From: Tagaea sp.
GTDB lineage: Bacteria > Pseudomonadota > Alphaproteobacteria > CACIAM-22H2
Assembly: GCA_965279525.1 (NCBI GenBank)
Contig: CBDIIB010000005.1
Coordinates: 256,001 to 320,000 of the forward strand
Length of the DNA stretch: 64,000 bases
Direction: 5' to 3'
Below the pieces are notes generated by a model that was not told where the DNA came from, ran no database searches, and saw only the letters and a list, made by a program, of their open reading frames with translations. How positions within the stretch are numbered: position 1 is the first letter of the stretch; each line of letters begins with the position of its first letter. Of this stretch, positions 29,503-43,266 are shown in pieces. The position numbers and the translations under genes were made by a program.

Positions 29503-30273
29503 TCAGGTCATCGTCAGCGAAACGGTTCCCAGCGCACCGAAATCCGCGACGTACGTGCCCGGCAGCTGCGCCAGATGCGGCACGATGCATGAACCGGTCG
29601 TGACGATGTGCCCCGCCGCGAGCGTCGTCCAGGACGGCGGGTTGTTCGCGAACAGCACGACGGCCGCGAACGGGTCACCAAGGACAGCGGCCCCCGAACC
29701 TTCGACGACGATGCGCCCGTCGAACGACAGCGTCATCGGATGCTTGCCGAATTCGAATTTGCGCCAGTCGCGCACGGCCGCCCCGTAGACGAACCCGCCG
29801 CTCGCCATGGAATCGGCCAGCGCTTCGGCGGGCGACGCCCCGGGCTGGCGCCCGTCGACGATCTCGATTGCCGGATGGAAGGCGGCGACGGCATCCGCGA
29901 CTTCCTCGCGCGTATAGGGGGCTTTGCGCGCCGGCAGGTCGCGGCCCATCGCGAAGGCGAACTCGCACTCGAACTTGGGGGCGATCAGCGTGGCGCGCGG
30001 GAACCGCGCGGGGGCCGCAAACGTCCAGGGGGCAAACAGCGGCGCATTGGTGACGACCGGGATGCCCGACTTGGCCTGCTGGGCCGTGTCGACATTGCCG
30101 ACTTTCCAGCCCGTGACCGTGTGGCCCGCAATGCGCGCGATGGCCGCATGGACCGCTTCGGCATCCTGGTAAGTGGCCGGGGCGCGCGACGGCCATTTCG
30201 CCATCGTGCGGACTTCGCGCCGTGCCGTCATCACGGCGGCGGCATTGGCCGCCGCGTCGAACGTGTCGCTCAT
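29503..30273 (-). CDS. 2-keto-4-pentenoate hydratase / FAH family protein
   Basis: [29 protein letters not shown] and GHIVTTGS motifs. Confidence 0.85.
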   Translation of the reverse strand: MSDTFDAAANAAAVMTARREVRTMAKWPSRAPATYQDAEAVHAAIARIAGHTVTGWKVGNVDTAQQAKSGIPVVTNAPLFAPWTFAAPARFPRATLIAPKFECEFAFAMGRDLPARKAPYTREEVADAVAAFHPAIEIVDGRQPGASPAEALADSMASGGFVYGAAVRDWRKFEFGKHPMTLSFDGRIVVEGSGAAVLGDPFAAVVLFANNPPSWTTLAAGHIVTTGSCIVPHLAQLPGTYVADFGALGTVSLTMT

Positions 30274-31968
30274 GCGTTTTCTCCGATCGGTCCTTCGGTG
30301 ACGTTCACGTGCCCGCCGCGCCTGACCATGATCCGCTTTGCGAACAGCGTGCCGACCTGCTTGCGGTGCGACACGCAGATCAGCGTCTTGTCCGGAAAAT
30401 CCTCGATCAGGCGGCCAAGCATGAACATTTCGCTTTCCTCGTCCAGCGAGGCGAGAGTTTCGTCGAGGATGAGGCAGGGCGCGTCCGTCAGCAAGGCGCG
30501 CGCGAAGGCGAGGCGCTGCTGCTCGCCGCCCGAGAAAGGTTCGCCCTTGTCGCCGACCGGCGCCTTGAGGCCCTCGGGTTCGGCGGCGACGCGCGCGTCC
30601 ATCCGGACGCGCTCGAGCGTGCGCGTCCACAGATCGTCGGCGAGCGTGCGGTGGATGGCGACGTTGTCGGCCACGTTGCCGTGGATGAAGGCGGTGGCCG
30701 CGCGCGCGAAGAAGAACAGGCGCTTGCGGTCGGTGAGGCTGAGACTGGTGACGTCGCGCCCGTCGATGGTGATGCGGCCCGACGACGGCCGGTGCATGCC
30801 CAGCAGCATGAAGATCAGCGTCGTCTTGCCGGAACCGGAATCGCCGAACAGGCCGATCTTGTCGCCGGGCCGGATGACGAACGAGAACGGGTGTAGCAGC
30901 GTCTCGCCGCGGTCGGAGACGAGCGTCACGTTGTCGAAGCGGATCTCGCCGAACGACGCGGCCGGCCGCGCACCCTTCTCGGCCAGCACGCCGTCCAGCC
31001 CGTCGGTCGAGGCGGAGATGCGCTTCAAGGCCAGCCGCGCGTCGTTGATCATCGGCCACGCTTCGCCGATGCGGCTCAGGTTCGGGAAGATCAGCATCGT
31101 GTAGTAGGCGAAGATCAGGAACTTGCCGATCTGCGGCGGCCCGTCGGTCGTCACGAACAGCAGCACGAGGCACACGGCCGACGACATGCCGATGACGAAC
31201 TCGACGAGGCCGTAATAGGCGCCGTGTCGGCGCCATAACAGTCGGTTCAGCACCGCGAGCTTCCGTGCACCGGCCAGCAGCCGCACGATGAAGGCCGCAC
31301 CTAGGCCCGTGAAACGCAGATCGAGGTTCTTCTGGTAGAGCGAGGCGAGATAGCCGAGATAGCCCTGATCGAGCGCCATCTTCTCGATGTATTTCTTCTT
31401 GCGCCAATGCGCGTAGTAGGCGATCGCGCAGACGAGCAGGCAGATCTCGACGAGAAGGATGTAGAACAGCCACTTCTCGACGAAGAAGATCACGCACAGC
31501 ATCAGCACGAGCTGCAGCACCGCCACGCCCGCGTGGACGAGCGCTTCGCGCAGCAGACGCTGCACGGCTTCGAGATCGCCCGACGCCGCCGCGAGCACCC
31601 CGCCCGCCCCCATTTTCGACAACTGCGCGTAGGGTCCGCGCAACAGGTTGAGCGCGATGGAGCCGCGGATCGACCGGATGATCCGCTCGGACAGCGCCGA
31701 GGTGCGGTACTCGGACAGCAGGAAGAAGATGAGGACGACAACCTCGATCGCGAAGATGAGGCCCACGTAGAGCCAGATGCGGTCGAAGTCGCGCAGCAGC
31801 GTCGCTTCGATCCCGCCCCACCAGCTGTCGGCTTTCGGCCCGTCGATCAGCGCGTTGATCGGCAGCGGGCGCACGACGACCGCGATCGACTGCACGCAGG
31901 CGATCAGGAAGATGATGAAGATGCCGACCCGCCATTTGGGGTCGTGCTTCTTCAGCAGCGAGTCGATT

Positions 31969-31982
<14 letters not shown>
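30270..31982 (-). CDS. ABC exporter, fused permease/ATP-binding protein
   Basis: N-terminal TM domain. Walker A GDSGSGKT, signature FSGGEQQR, Walker B LILDE and H-loop VSHR. Confidence 0.88.
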
Positions 31983-34145
<2,163 letters not shown>

Positions 34146-34176
34146 CTAGACCCGGACGACGCGCCGCGCAACGTCC

Positions 34177-34207
34177 TTGACCTTCCCTCGGGGGCAAGCC
34201 GTAGAGG
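34177..34207 (+). promoter_or_regulatory. MerR/CueR-type promoter
   Basis: -35 TTGACC, 19-bp spacer, -10-like TAGAGG. ACCTTCC-N7-GCAAGCC resembles the CueR dyad ACCTTCC-N7-GGAAGGT. Confidence 0.55.
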
Positions 34208-34245
34208 GATTGTCAGCGAACAATCGAATTCGAGGAGAAACCGTC

Positions 34246-34668
34246 ATGATGCGCAAGATCGCCGCCGCCGCCGTCCTTGGAGCCGCCCTCGCCGGCGGCT
34301 TCGCGCTTGCCCAGCAGATGCCGAACATGCAGGGCATGCCGCACGGCCAGATGGGTCGCCCGGCCGCACCCGACGCGCATTCCGGCCACGGCACGCCGGC
34401 CCGGAATGCCGCCGATTCGGCCGCGACGCGCGCCTTCAAGGCGGCCAACGCGAAGATGCACAAGGACATGGACATCGTGTACAGCGGCAACGCCGACAAG
34501 GATTTCGTGGCCGGGATGATCCCGCATCACCAAGGTGCCGTCGAAATGGCGAAGGTCGTCCTCCAGCACGGCAAGGATCCCGAGATCCGGGCGCTGGCCG
34601 AAGGCGTGATCCGCGAGCAGGAGAAGGAAATCGCCCAGATGCGCGCCTGGCAGGCACGCAACCGCTGA
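34246..34668 (+). CDS. DUF305/CopM family periplasmic metallochaperone
   Basis: Signal peptide, Met/His-rich segment, [17 protein letters not shown] and QEKEIAQM motifs. Confidence 0.9.
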   Translation: MMRKIAAAAVLGAALAGGFALAQQMPNMQGMPHGQMGRPAAPDAHSGHGTPARNAADSAATRAFKAANAKMHKDMDIVYSGNADKDFVAGMIPHHQGAVEMAKVVLQHGKDPEIRALAEGVIREQEKEIAQMRAWQARNR

Positions 34669-34716
34669 GGCGCGCTAGAGTCGTCCATTCCGCGACTCGA
34701 AGCCGGAGTTCCTCCC

Positions 34717-35694
34717 ATGCGCGCCGCCGTCTATTCCGCCTTCGGCCCTGCCGCCGATGTCCTTTCCGTCGTCGAGTTGCCGACGCCCGAACCCGGTCCC
34801 GGCGAGGTGCGCGTGTGCCTTGCCACGTCGGGCGTCAATCCGTCCGACGTGAAGTCCCGAGCCGTCGCCACGCGCAACGCCGTCTACAAGCGGGTCATCC
34901 CGCACTCGGACGGCGCCGGAACGATCGACGCGGTGGGCGAAGGCGTGGACAAGGGCCGTATCGGCGCGCGCGTCTGGGTTTTCAACGCGCAATGGAAGCG
35001 CGCCGATGGGACGGCGGCGGAATATGTCTGCCTGCCTGCCGAGTTCGCGGTCGCGTTGCCGGCCAATGTCGATTTCGCGGTCGGGGCCTGTCTCGGCATT
35101 CCGGCATTGACCGCATGGCGCGCGGTCACGATGAACGGCGGCGTCGCCCGGCGCAGCGTTCTCGTCACCGGCGGGGCCGGCGGCGTTGGCCACTACGCGA
35201 TCCAGATGGCAAAGTACGAGGGCGCCAAGGTCTTCGCCACCGTCTCGTCGCCCGAAAAGGCGGAGATCGCGCGCGAGGCGGGTGCCGACGCCACGATCGA
35301 TTACCGATACGAGGATGTCGGTGCGCGCGCGCGCGAGCTGTCCGGCGGCGAAGGCGTGGACCGGGTGATCGAACTCGACATCGCCGGCAATGCAAAATCG
35401 AGCGTCGACGCGCTGAAACCCGGCGGCACGCTCGCCGTCTACGGCTCGAACAAGGCCGATTTCACGATGCCGTTCGGACCAATGATCGTGAAAAACGTCA
35501 CGGCCGCGTTCTTCATCGTCTACGAGCTTTCGCCCCCCCAGCGCCGCGAGGGTGCCGCCTGGATCAATTCGCGTCTCGCGATGGGCCATCTGAAGACCCG
35601 GATCGCAGCCCGCTTTCCGCTGGCCGAGATCGCGGCGGCGCACGTTGCCGTCGAAAGCGGCAAGACGGTCGGGAACGTCGTCCTCGACATCTGA
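34717..35694 (+). CDS. NADPH:quinone reductase (zeta-crystallin-like MDR)
   Basis: SGVNPSDVK, PHSDGAG, GIPALTA and GGAGGVG motifs. Confidence 0.9.
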   Translation: MRAAVYSAFGPAADVLSVVELPTPEPGPGEVRVCLATSGVNPSDVKSRAVATRNAVYKRVIPHSDGAGTIDAVGEGVDKGRIGARVWVFNAQWKRADGTAAEYVCLPAEFAVALPANVDFAVGACLGIPALTAWRAVTMNGGVARRSVLVTGGAGGVGHYAIQMAKYEGAKVFATVSSPEKAEIAREAGADATIDYRYEDVGARARELSGGEGVDRVIELDIAGNAKSSVDALKPGGTLAVYGSNKADFTMPFGPMIVKNVTAAFFIVYELSPPQRREGAAWINSRLAMGHLKTRIAARFPLAEIAAAHVAVESGKTVGNVVLDI

Positions 35695-35738
35695 CGACGC
35701 GCGTTGAGCGTCGGCACCCTGCGGGCTAAGGTGCGCCC

Positions 35739-37943
35739 ATGCCGCTCCCCCGCCTTTCCGCCCCGCTGTCCGACGCGACGGTGAACCCCGCGCCTCCGCT
35801 GAGCGCCGATCCCGATGCGGCCCCGCCGCAGCGGCTCGAGGTCGTGTCCGATTTCAAGCCCGCCGGCGACCAGCCGGCGGCGATCGCCGAAATCACGCAA
35901 GGCCTGCTGCGCGGCGAAAAGGACCAGGTCCTGCTCGGTGTCACGGGTTCCGGCAAGACCTTCACGATGGCGCATGCGATCCAGAACCTGCAGCGCCCCG
36001 CCCTGATCCTCGCCCCCAACAAGACTCTCGCCGCCCAGCTCTACGGCGAGATGAAGCTGTTCTTTCCGAACAACGCGGTCGAGTATTTCGTCAGCTATTA
36101 CGACTATTACCAGCCCGAGGCGTACGTGCCGCGCTCGGACACGTATATCGAGAAGGAAAGCTCGGTCAACGAGCAGATCGACCGGATGCGCCATTCGGCG
36201 ACGCGCGCCCTGCTCGAGCGGCAGGACACGATCATCGTCGCGTCGGTGAGCTGCATCTACGGCATCGGCTCGGTCGAGACCTATTCGTCGATGACGCTGA
36301 AGCTGGCCGCAGGCCAGCGCATGGACCGCAACGAACTGCTGCGCGAGCTGGTAAAGCTCCAGTACAAGCGAAACGAGGTCGCCTTCCAGCGCGGCACGTT
36401 CCGCGCGCGCGGCGACGCGGTCGAGATCTTCCCGGCGCACTGCGAAGACCGCGCGTGGCGCGTGTCGATGTTCGGCGACGAGATCGAGGCGATCTGGGAG
36501 TTCGATCCGCTGACCGGCGAGAAGAAGGCCACGCTGGAATCGGCCAAGCTCTACGCCAATTCGCACTACGTCACGCCGCAGCCCACGCTCGATCAGGCGA
36601 TCTCGCAGATCAAGATCGAGCTCAAGTCGCGGCTGGCCGAGCTCAACGCGGCGGGCAAGCTGGTGGAAGCGCAGCGCCTGGAGCAGCGCACGACATTCGA
36701 CGTCGAGATGATGGCAGCGACCGGCAGCTGCGCCGGCATCGAGAACTATTCGCGCTTCCTGACCGGCCGCAAGCCGGGCGAACCGCCACCCACACTGTTC
36801 GAGTACCTGCCCAAGAATGCCGTGCTGATCTGCGACGAGAGTCACGTGATGGTTCCGCAAATCGGCGGCATGTACAAGGGCGACTACGCGCGCAAATCGA
36901 CGCTGTCGGAATACGGTTTCCGCTTGCCGTCCTGCATCGACAACCGCCCCCTCAAATTCGAGGAATGGGACGCGATGCGCCCGCAGACGGTGTTCGTGTC
37001 TGCCACGCCCGGCCCGTGGGAACTGGAACGCACCAAGGGCGTGTTCGTCGAGCAGGTCATCCGTCCCACCGGTCTTGTCGATCCGCCCTGCGAGATCCGC
37101 CCGACCGAGCGGCAGGTCGACGACCTGCTGGGAGAACTCAAGGCGCTCGCAAAGAGAGGCATGCGCGCACTGGTCACCACGCTGACCAAGCGCATGGCCG
37201 AGGACCTGACCGAATACCTGCACGAGAACGGCGTGCGCGTGCGCTACATGCACTCGGACGTCGAGACGCTCGAACGCATCGAGATCATCCGCGACCTGCG
37301 CCTTGGCGCCTTCGACGCGCTGATCGGCATCAACCTGCTGCGCGAGGGCCTCGACATCCCCGAATGCGGGCTAGTGGCGATCCTCGACGCCGACAAGGAG
37401 GGCTACCTGCGTTCGCGCACGTCGCTGATCCAGACGATCGGGCGCGCCGCGCGCAACGTCGACGGCCGCGTGATCCTCTACGCCGACAGGATGACCGATT
37501 CGATGAAGGCGGCACTGGCCGAAACCGACCGGCGACGGACCAAACAGGTCGCCTACAACACGGAACACGGCATCACGCCGGAATCGATCCGCAAGGGCAT
37601 CGGCGACATCCTGGGCAGCGTCTATGAGCGCGACCGCGTGACGGTCGGCACCGGCGACGACGGCACGCCCCATCTGGTGGGCCATAATCTGCGTGCCCAC
37701 ATTGCCGCCCTCGAAGGGCGCATGCGCGACGCGGCCGCCAATCTCGAATTCGAGGAAGCGGCACGCCTGCGCGACGAGATCAAGCGCCTCGAGGCGATGG
37801 AGATGGAACTGCCCGGCGCCCCCAACGGCAAGGGCGGCTACAACCCGACCGAAGGGGCTGCTCGCCCGCGCTCGACCGGTGGCGCCGTCAATTCGCGCAA
37901 GGGCCGCGCCCGGCGGCCCCCGCCGGGCGGTGCGCGCAAGTGA
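35739..37943 (+). CDS. uvrB: Excinuclease ABC subunit B
   Basis: [44 protein letters not shown] and a UVR domain. Confidence 0.97.
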   Translation: MPLPRLSAPLSDATVNPAPPLSADPDAAPPQRLEVVSDFKPAGDQPAAIAEITQGLLRGEKDQVLLGVTGSGKTFTMAHAIQNLQRPALILAPNKTLAAQLYGEMKLFFPNNAVEYFVSYYDYYQPEAYVPRSDTYIEKESSVNEQIDRMRHSATRALLERQDTIIVASVSCIYGIGSVETYSSMTLKLAAGQRMDRNELLRELVKLQYKRNEVAFQRGTFRARGDAVEIFPAHCEDRAWRVSMFGDEIEAIWEFDPLTGEKKATLESAKLYANSHYVTPQPTLDQAISQIKIELKSRLAELNAAGKLVEAQRLEQRTTFDVEMMAATGSCAGIENYSRFLTGRKPGEPPPTLFEYLPKNAVLICDESHVMVPQIGGMYKGDYARKSTLSEYGFRLPSCIDNRPLKFEEWDAMRPQTVFVSATPGPWELERTKGVFVEQVIRPTGLVDPPCEIRPTERQVDDLLGELKALAKRGMRALVTTLTKRMAEDLTEYLHENGVRVRYMHSDVETLERIEIIRDLRLGAFDALIGINLLREGLDIPECGLVAILDADKEGYLRSRTSLIQTIGRAARNVDGRVILYADRMTDSMKAALAETDRRRTKQVAYNTEHGITPESIRKGIGDILGSVYERDRVTVGTGDDGTPHLVGHNLRAHIAALEGRMRDAAANLEFEEAARLRDEIKRLEAMEMELPGAPNGKGGYNPTEGAARPRSTGGAVNSRKGRARRPPPGGARK

Positions 37944-39139
37944 AGCCGATCTTCCTGCCGCTCGGCACGACGCTGGCGGTGCAGGTGCTGGCAAGCGGGG
38001 CAAGCCTGACCGCCGCAGTGCTGGCCCCGCTCATCAGCGCCGATCTGGGCGTGCCGGCGTCGAGCGTCGGTTTCTACGTGGCCTTGCTCTATGGGTCGGC
38101 GGCGGTGGCTGGCCTGGCGAGCGGCGGCATCATCGCGCGCTTCGGTCCGCTGCGAACGATGCAGAGCGGCCTCGTGTTCGGCGCCCTTGCCGCCCTGTCG
38201 CTTTCCCATGCCTCGCTGCCCGGTGCGATGCTCGCGGCATTGCTCGGCGGCTTCAGCCTGGGGCCGACGACGCCGGCCTCTTCGGCAATCCTCGCGCGCG
38301 CGACCGATCCTTCGAACCGCAACCTCGTCTTCTCGATAAAGCAGACGGGCGTGCCGGCCGGATTCATGGTCGCCGCCCTCGGTCTGCCGCAACTCGCCCT
38401 CGCGTTCGGCTGGCGGGGTGCGTGCCTGTGCGTGGCGGCACTGCTCGCCTTGGCCGCGATCGCGGTAACCCCGCTGCGTCCCCGCTTCGACGACCGGCGC
38501 GAAGGCTCCACGCTCTTCTCGCCGCGCGCCCAGCTCGTCGATCCGCTGGTGCGCGTCTGGCGACAGGTCGAGATGCGCAATATCTCGTTCGCGTCCTTCG
38601 CCTATTCGGGCCTGCAGGGATCGCTCGCGGGCTTCATGATCGTCTTCCTGCTGCACGACACCAAGCTCGACCTCGTCGCCGCCGCCGCGGTGCTGGCCTG
38701 CGCGCAGGCCGCCGGCATCGGGGGCCGTGTCGTCTGGGGGTTCGTCGCAGACCGGCTTGGCCGGCCGGGCACCGTGCTCGCCGCACTCGGCATCGCGATG
38801 GCGGGGTTCGCGGCCTTGATGGCGCTCGGTGCTTCGACGATGCCCTACGGCGTGCTGATTGCCGCCAGCATCGCGTTCGGCGGAACGGCGATGGCCTGGA
38901 ACGGCGTGTTCCTGGGCGAAGTGGCGCGCCTCGCCGCACCCGGACGCACCGGCGAGGCGACGGGTGCGACCGGCCTTTTCACGTTCGGCGGTGTCGCCAT
39001 CGTGCCTGGAATATTCACCACGATCGTTTTCGCGACCGACAGCTATGTCGCGGCCTATCTTCTTGCCGGTGCGCTGCCGGGGCTCGTGGGCATCGCGCTG
39101 TTGCGCGGGCGCACGCATGCGGGCATATCGGAACGATGA
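37940..39139 (+). CDS. MFS transporter
   Basis: About 12 TM segments, SIKQTGVP and [11 protein letters not shown] motifs. GTGA overlap with uvrB. Confidence 0.85.
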   Translation: MKPIFLPLGTTLAVQVLASGASLTAAVLAPLISADLGVPASSVGFYVALLYGSAAVAGLASGGIIARFGPLRTMQSGLVFGALAALSLSHASLPGAMLAALLGGFSLGPTTPASSAILARATDPSNRNLVFSIKQTGVPAGFMVAALGLPQLALAFGWRGACLCVAALLALAAIAVTPLRPRFDDRREGSTLFSPRAQLVDPLVRVWRQVEMRNISFASFAYSGLQGSLAGFMIVFLLHDTKLDLVAAAAVLACAQAAGIGGRVVWGFVADRLGRPGTVLAALGIAMAGFAALMALGASTMPYGVLIAASIAFGGTAMAWNGVFLGEVARLAAPGRTGEATGATGLFTFGGVAIVPGIFTTIVFATDSYVAAYLLAGALPGLVGIALLRGRTHAGISER

Positions 39140-39909
39140 ATCCTCCGCCTGCCCTTCCGCGCACGGCCCTCGTCACCGGCGGCGCCAGACGCCTGGGTGC
39201 CGCTCTCGTGCGTGCCCTTGCCGCCGACGGCTTCGCCGTCGCCATCCACTATCGCGAAAGCCGCGCCGAAGCAGAAGCGCTCGCCGCCGAGATCGTGGCC
39301 GCGGGCGGGCGGGCGACGGCATTGCATGCGGATTTGGCCGTCGAGGCATCCGTCCTGGAACTGGCGGCCGCCGCGAATGCCGCCTTCGGCCCGGTCGGAG
39401 TGCTCGTCAACAATGCCTCTGTCTTCGAACGCGACGAGGTGGAAAGCGCGACGCGCGCCAGCTGGGACGCGCATCTCGAAGTCAACCTGCGGGCACCTTT
39501 CGTGCTGGGCCAGTCGCTCGCGCGCAATCTTCCGGGCAATGCCGAGGGCGCGATCGTCAACCTGATCGACCAGCGCGTCTGGAACCTGACGCCGCACTTC
39601 ACCAGTTATACGGTCGCCAAGGCCGGCCTGTGGACGCTGACCCAGACGATGGCGCTGGCACTTGCGCCACGCATCCGCGTCAATGCGATCGGGCCGGGCC
39701 CGACCATCGCCAGCGCTCGGCAGGATCCGGCGCAGTTCGCCCGCCAGGTCGCAAGCGTGCCGCTGCAGCGCGGCCCCGCACTCGAAGAAGTGGCGCAAGC
39801 ACTTCGCTTCATCCTGTCCGCGCGCTCGATGACCGGCCAGATGCTGGCGCTCGACGGCGGCCAGCATCTCAACTGGGGTGCGCCCGGCCGGCACCAGCCG
39901 GAGGAATGA
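39136..39909 (+). CDS. SDR oxidoreductase (FolM/pteridine reductase-like)
   Basis: TGGARRLG, NNASVF, DQRV and YTVAK motifs; adjacent to folB. Confidence 0.85.
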   Translation: MNPPPALPRTALVTGGARRLGAALVRALAADGFAVAIHYRESRAEAEALAAEIVAAGGRATALHADLAVEASVLELAAAANAAFGPVGVLVNNASVFERDEVESATRASWDAHLEVNLRAPFVLGQSLARNLPGNAEGAIVNLIDQRVWNLTPHFTSYTVAKAGLWTLTQTMALALAPRIRVNAIGPGPTIASARQDPAQFARQVASVPLQRGPALEEVAQALRFILSARSMTGQMLALDGGQHLNWGAPGRHQPEE

Positions 39910-40328
39910 ACCTGTCGACTCGCAAACCCCTGCCCGACAACGTCGTGCCGCTTGCGCCTGCGGACCGGCCGGTCCGCAAGATCCTGATCCGCGATCTGGT
40001 GCTGGCGACCGAGATCGGCGTGTTCCGCCGCGAGAAGGGAAAGCGCCAGCGCGTGCGCTTCAACATCGAGCTTGGCGTGATCGACCGGCCCCCGCGCCAG
40101 GACCGCAGGGCGGAAGTTGTCTGCTACGACCGGATCGTCGTCGGCCTGCGTGCGCTCGTTGCCGAGGGCCACGTGAACCTCGTCGAGACCCTTGCCGAGC
40201 GCGCGGCAAGCCTCTGTCTGGCGATCCCGTCGGCACTCTATGTGCGTGTTCGGATAGAGAAACTCGACGTCTACAAGGATGCCGCCGCCGTCGGCATCGA
40301 GATCGAACGGCACCGCGCGGCCCGCTAA
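39906..40328 (+). CDS. folB: Dihydroneopterin aldolase
   Basis: IRDL...IGV...E....QRVRFNIEL, CYD, HVNLVETLAE, EKLD and VGIEIER motifs. Confidence 0.88.
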   Translation: MNLSTRKPLPDNVVPLAPADRPVRKILIRDLVLATEIGVFRREKGKRQRVRFNIELGVIDRPPRQDRRAEVVCYDRIVVGLRALVAEGHVNLVETLAERAASLCLAIPSALYVRVRIEKLDVYKDAAAVGIEIERHRAAR

Positions 40329-40441
40329 ATCGCGCCAGTTGTGCACACGCCCGGTCCACTGTCGCAAAAATGGCGGAATTCTGCGGTTTCTTAAGAGAAT
40401 ATGAAGCCCATGTGACACAAGGGGATACCAAAAATATTGCG

Positions 40442-40454
40442 AATCAATAGATTA
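40442..40454 (+). promoter_or_regulatory. IHF binding site
   Basis: AATCAA-TAGA-TTA matches WATCAANNNNTTR and is preceded by an A/T tract. Confidence 0.6.
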
Positions 40455-40529
40455 TCGGAGTCTGCCTAAATCGCGGGCAAGATGGCCAAGATTGCGGTTA
40501 ATGCCCGATTCGACTGGGTCGGGACTCGG

Positions 40530-40564
40530 TTCTCCACAAAGTTATCCACAAGAATCGTGGATAG
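40530..40564. promoter_or_regulatory. Cluster of three DnaA boxes
   Basis: TTCTCCACA-aag-TTATCCACA-agaat-CGTGGATAG: 1, 0 and 2 mismatches to consensus; third box inverted. Confidence 0.8.
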
Positions 40565-40687
40565 TCAGCCGACCGATTTGGCGGGATGCCCCGTCCCGGG
40601 CACGACGGTGGCAGAAGCGCCACAGCGCCTCCGCAAGATTTGTAGTACTTGCCAGCATCGCACCGGAAGCTTTACGCAATTTCAGCC

Positions 40688-42598
40688 ATGAGCACGGCAG
40701 GCGACGACCAGAACTACGATCTCGATACGCCACCCGCCCTCGCTGCGGAGGGTGCCGGCGTCCTGCGGGCGGCGTTGCCGACGCTGCCGCTCACGCCAGG
40801 CGTCTACCGGATGCTCGATGCCAAAGGCGACGCGCTTTATGTCGGCAAGGCTCGTGCGCTCCGCAAACGCGTTGCCCAATACCTCCAGTTCGACCGGATG
40901 CCGAACCGCCTGCTGCGGATGGTGTCGGAAACGCGCCGGCTCGAGATCGTCACGACGCATACCGAGGTCGAGGCGCTGCTTCTCGAGAGCAATCTCATCA
41001 AGCGACTGATGCCGCGCTACAATGTGTTGCTGCGCGACGACAAGTCGTTTCCCTATATTGCGCTGATCGAAGACCATGACTTTGTCCAGGTCACCAAGCA
41101 TCGCGGCAGCCGCGATCGCAAAGGGCGGTATTTCGGGCCGTTCGCGTCCGCCGGTGCAGTCAACCAGACGCTGACGGCCATGCAGCGCGCATTCCTGCTG
41201 CGCTCCTGTTCCGACGCGATCTTCGGCGCGCGCACGCGCCCCTGCCTGCTCTTCCAGATCAAGCGCTGCTCGGCTCCGTGCGTGGGGCGCATCTCGAAGG
41301 ACGACTACGCGAAACTCGTCGACGAGGCGGTCGATTTCCTCGAAGGCCGCTCGCACGACGCGCAGGGCGAACTCGCGGCGAAGATGCAAGTTGCCGCCGA
41401 CGCAATGGATTTCGAGACGGCCGCGATGTATCGCGACCGCATCCGCGCGCTTACGGCCGTGCAGGCCCGACAGGACATCAATGTCGAGGGGCTTGGCGAC
41501 GCCGATATCGTCGCGATCCACGCCGAAGGCGGCCAGACCTGCATCCAGGTCTTCTTCTTCCGGGGCGGCCGCAACTACGGCAACCGCGCCTATTTCCCGC
41601 GCCACGACCGCAATCTGGCGACCGGCGAGGTGCTCGCCGCGTTCCTCGGCCAGTTCTATTCCGACAAGCCGTCGCCGCCGACCGTGGCGCTGTCCGAAGA
41701 CGTGCCCGAGCGCGACCTGCTGGAGCAAGCGCTGGGAACCCGCGCGGACAGGCGCGTGCGCATCCTCGTGCCCGAGCGCGGCGACAAGCGCAAACCCGTC
41801 GACCATGCACTTGCCAACGCACGCGAGGCGCTGGCCCGGCGGATGGCGGAAAGCGGCGCCCAGTCAAAGCTGCTTGATGGCGTCGCCGCCGCCTTCGGCC
41901 TTGAAGCACCCCCCAAGCGCATCGAGGTCTACGACAACAGCCATATCCAGGGGACCAACGCGATCGGCGGCATGATCGTCGCGGGGCCGGAAGGCTTCAT
42001 GAAGGCCCAGTACCGGAAATTCAACATCCGGGGCCCGGGCAAGTCCGATACGGGTGCCGGCGGCGACGACTACGCGATGATGCGCGAGGTCTTCGAGCGG
42101 CGCTTCTCGCGTGCGCTGCGCGAGGACGCGGGACGCGACGGCGGCACCTGGCCGGATCTCGTGCTCGTCGACGGCGGCCCCGGACAGCTGAGCTCGGTGA
42201 TGGGCGTGCTGGCCGAACTCGGCATCGACGATCTCAACGTCGTCGGGATCGCCAAGGGGCCGGACCGCGATGCCGGGCGCGAGCGGTTTTTCATGCCCGG
42301 GCGCGAGCCGTTCCAGCTCGAACCGCGCGACCCCGTCCTTTACTACCTGCAGCGCCTTCGCGACGAGGCACACCGCTTCGCCATCGGCGGCCACCGTGCG
42401 CGGCGCAGCAAGGGGCTGGAAAAATCGGCGCTCGACGAAGTTCCGGGCATCGGCCCGCGCCGAAAGAAGGCGCTTTTGCTGCATTTCGGGTCCGCTGCGG
42501 CAGCCAAGCGCGCCGGACTGGCCGATCTCGAGGCCGTCGAAGGCGTCGGCAAGGCCGCAGCCAAAAAAATCTATGACCACTTCCACGGCGGCGGGTAA
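40688..42598 (+). CDS. uvrC: Excinuclease ABC subunit C
   Basis: GIY-YIG-type [46 protein letters not shown] and HhH motifs. Confidence 0.97.
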   Translation: MSTAGDDQNYDLDTPPALAAEGAGVLRAALPTLPLTPGVYRMLDAKGDALYVGKARALRKRVAQYLQFDRMPNRLLRMVSETRRLEIVTTHTEVEALLLESNLIKRLMPRYNVLLRDDKSFPYIALIEDHDFVQVTKHRGSRDRKGRYFGPFASAGAVNQTLTAMQRAFLLRSCSDAIFGARTRPCLLFQIKRCSAPCVGRISKDDYAKLVDEAVDFLEGRSHDAQGELAAKMQVAADAMDFETAAMYRDRIRALTAVQARQDINVEGLGDADIVAIHAEGGQTCIQVFFFRGGRNYGNRAYFPRHDRNLATGEVLAAFLGQFYSDKPSPPTVALSEDVPERDLLEQALGTRADRRVRILVPERGDKRKPVDHALANAREALARRMAESGAQSKLLDGVAAAFGLEAPPKRIEVYDNSHIQGTNAIGGMIVAGPEGFMKAQYRKFNIRGPGKSDTGAGGDDYAMMREVFERRFSRALREDAGRDGGTWPDLVLVDGGPGQLSSVMGVLAELGIDDLNVVGIAKGPDRDAGRERFFMPGREPFQLEPRDPVLYYLQRLRDEAHRFAIGGHRARRSKGLEKSALDEVPGIGPRRKKALLLHFGSAAAAKRAGLADLEAVEGVGKAAAKKIYDHFHGGG

Positions 42599-42639
42599 AA
42601 TCGCGCGCGCACCCGACCTGAACCCAAAGCCGGTCCCCC

Positions 42640-43266
42640 ATGGGCTTTTCCCTCCCGATGTGGCTCACGCTGAGCCGTATTGTCGCAATCCCGGTCATCG
42701 TTGCCCTTTTCTGGCTGGAGGGCGACGAATGGCGCTATGTCGCGTGTGCGGTCTATGCAGTTGCCGCCGTGACCGACTGGCTCGACGGCTATCTCGCGCG
42801 CGCGTGGGCACAGCAATCGAAGCTCGGCCGCATCTTCGATCCCATCGCCGACAAACTGCTCGTTTCCGCCACGATCCTGATGCTTGTCGCGTTTGGCCGT
42901 GTCGCCGGCTTTTCGGTGCTTGCGGCCCTCGTGATCCTGCTGCGCGAAGTCCTGGTCTCGGGCCTGCGCGAGTTCCTTGCGGAGATCCGGGTCGGCCTGC
43001 CGGTTTCCAAGCTCGCCAAGTGGAAGACCGGGATCCAGATGGGCGCCCTCGGGATCCTGATCGTCGGCGATGCCGGGCCGACAGCGTTCCTGCCTGTCAC
43101 GGTTCTCGGAGAGTTGGGCCTATGGATCGCGGCGGCACTGACGCTCTACACCGGCTACGACTATCTCGCGACCGGGCTCAAGCATGTCGACGAGGAGGAT
43201 GAGCCCGCCGTTGCCCCGACCGCGCCGCCGCCCGCGACAGCCGACGCCGCCCGCCGCTCGGCCTGA
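42640..43266 (+). CDS. pgsA: CDP-diacylglycerol--glycerol-3-phosphate 3-phosphatidyltransferase
   Basis: TDWLDGYLAR...GRIFDPIADKLL, REVLVSGLRE and AKWKT motifs; follows uvrC. Confidence 0.95.
   Translation: MGFSLPMWLTLSRIVAIPVIVALFWLEGDEWRYVACAVYAVAAVTDWLDGYLARAWAQQSKLGRIFDPIADKLLVSATILMLVAFGRVAGFSVLAALVILLREVLVSGLREFLAEIRVGLPVSKLAKWKTGIQMGALGILIVGDAGPTAFLPVTVLGELGLWIAAALTLYTGYDYLATGLKHVDEEDEPAVAPTAPPPATADAARRSA

Noticed and set aside
35695-35738. LexA boxes upstream of uvrB or uvrC
   Set aside because: No GTTC-N7-GTTC or GAAC-N7-GAAC found by eye in either upstream region.
40329-40687. Chromosomal origin (oriC)
   Set aside because: DnaA, IHF and GANTC features fit, but only three boxes are present, usual origin-flanking genes (hemE, dnaA, parAB) are absent and gene orientation does not switch. 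It cannot be excluded without genome-wide GC skew.
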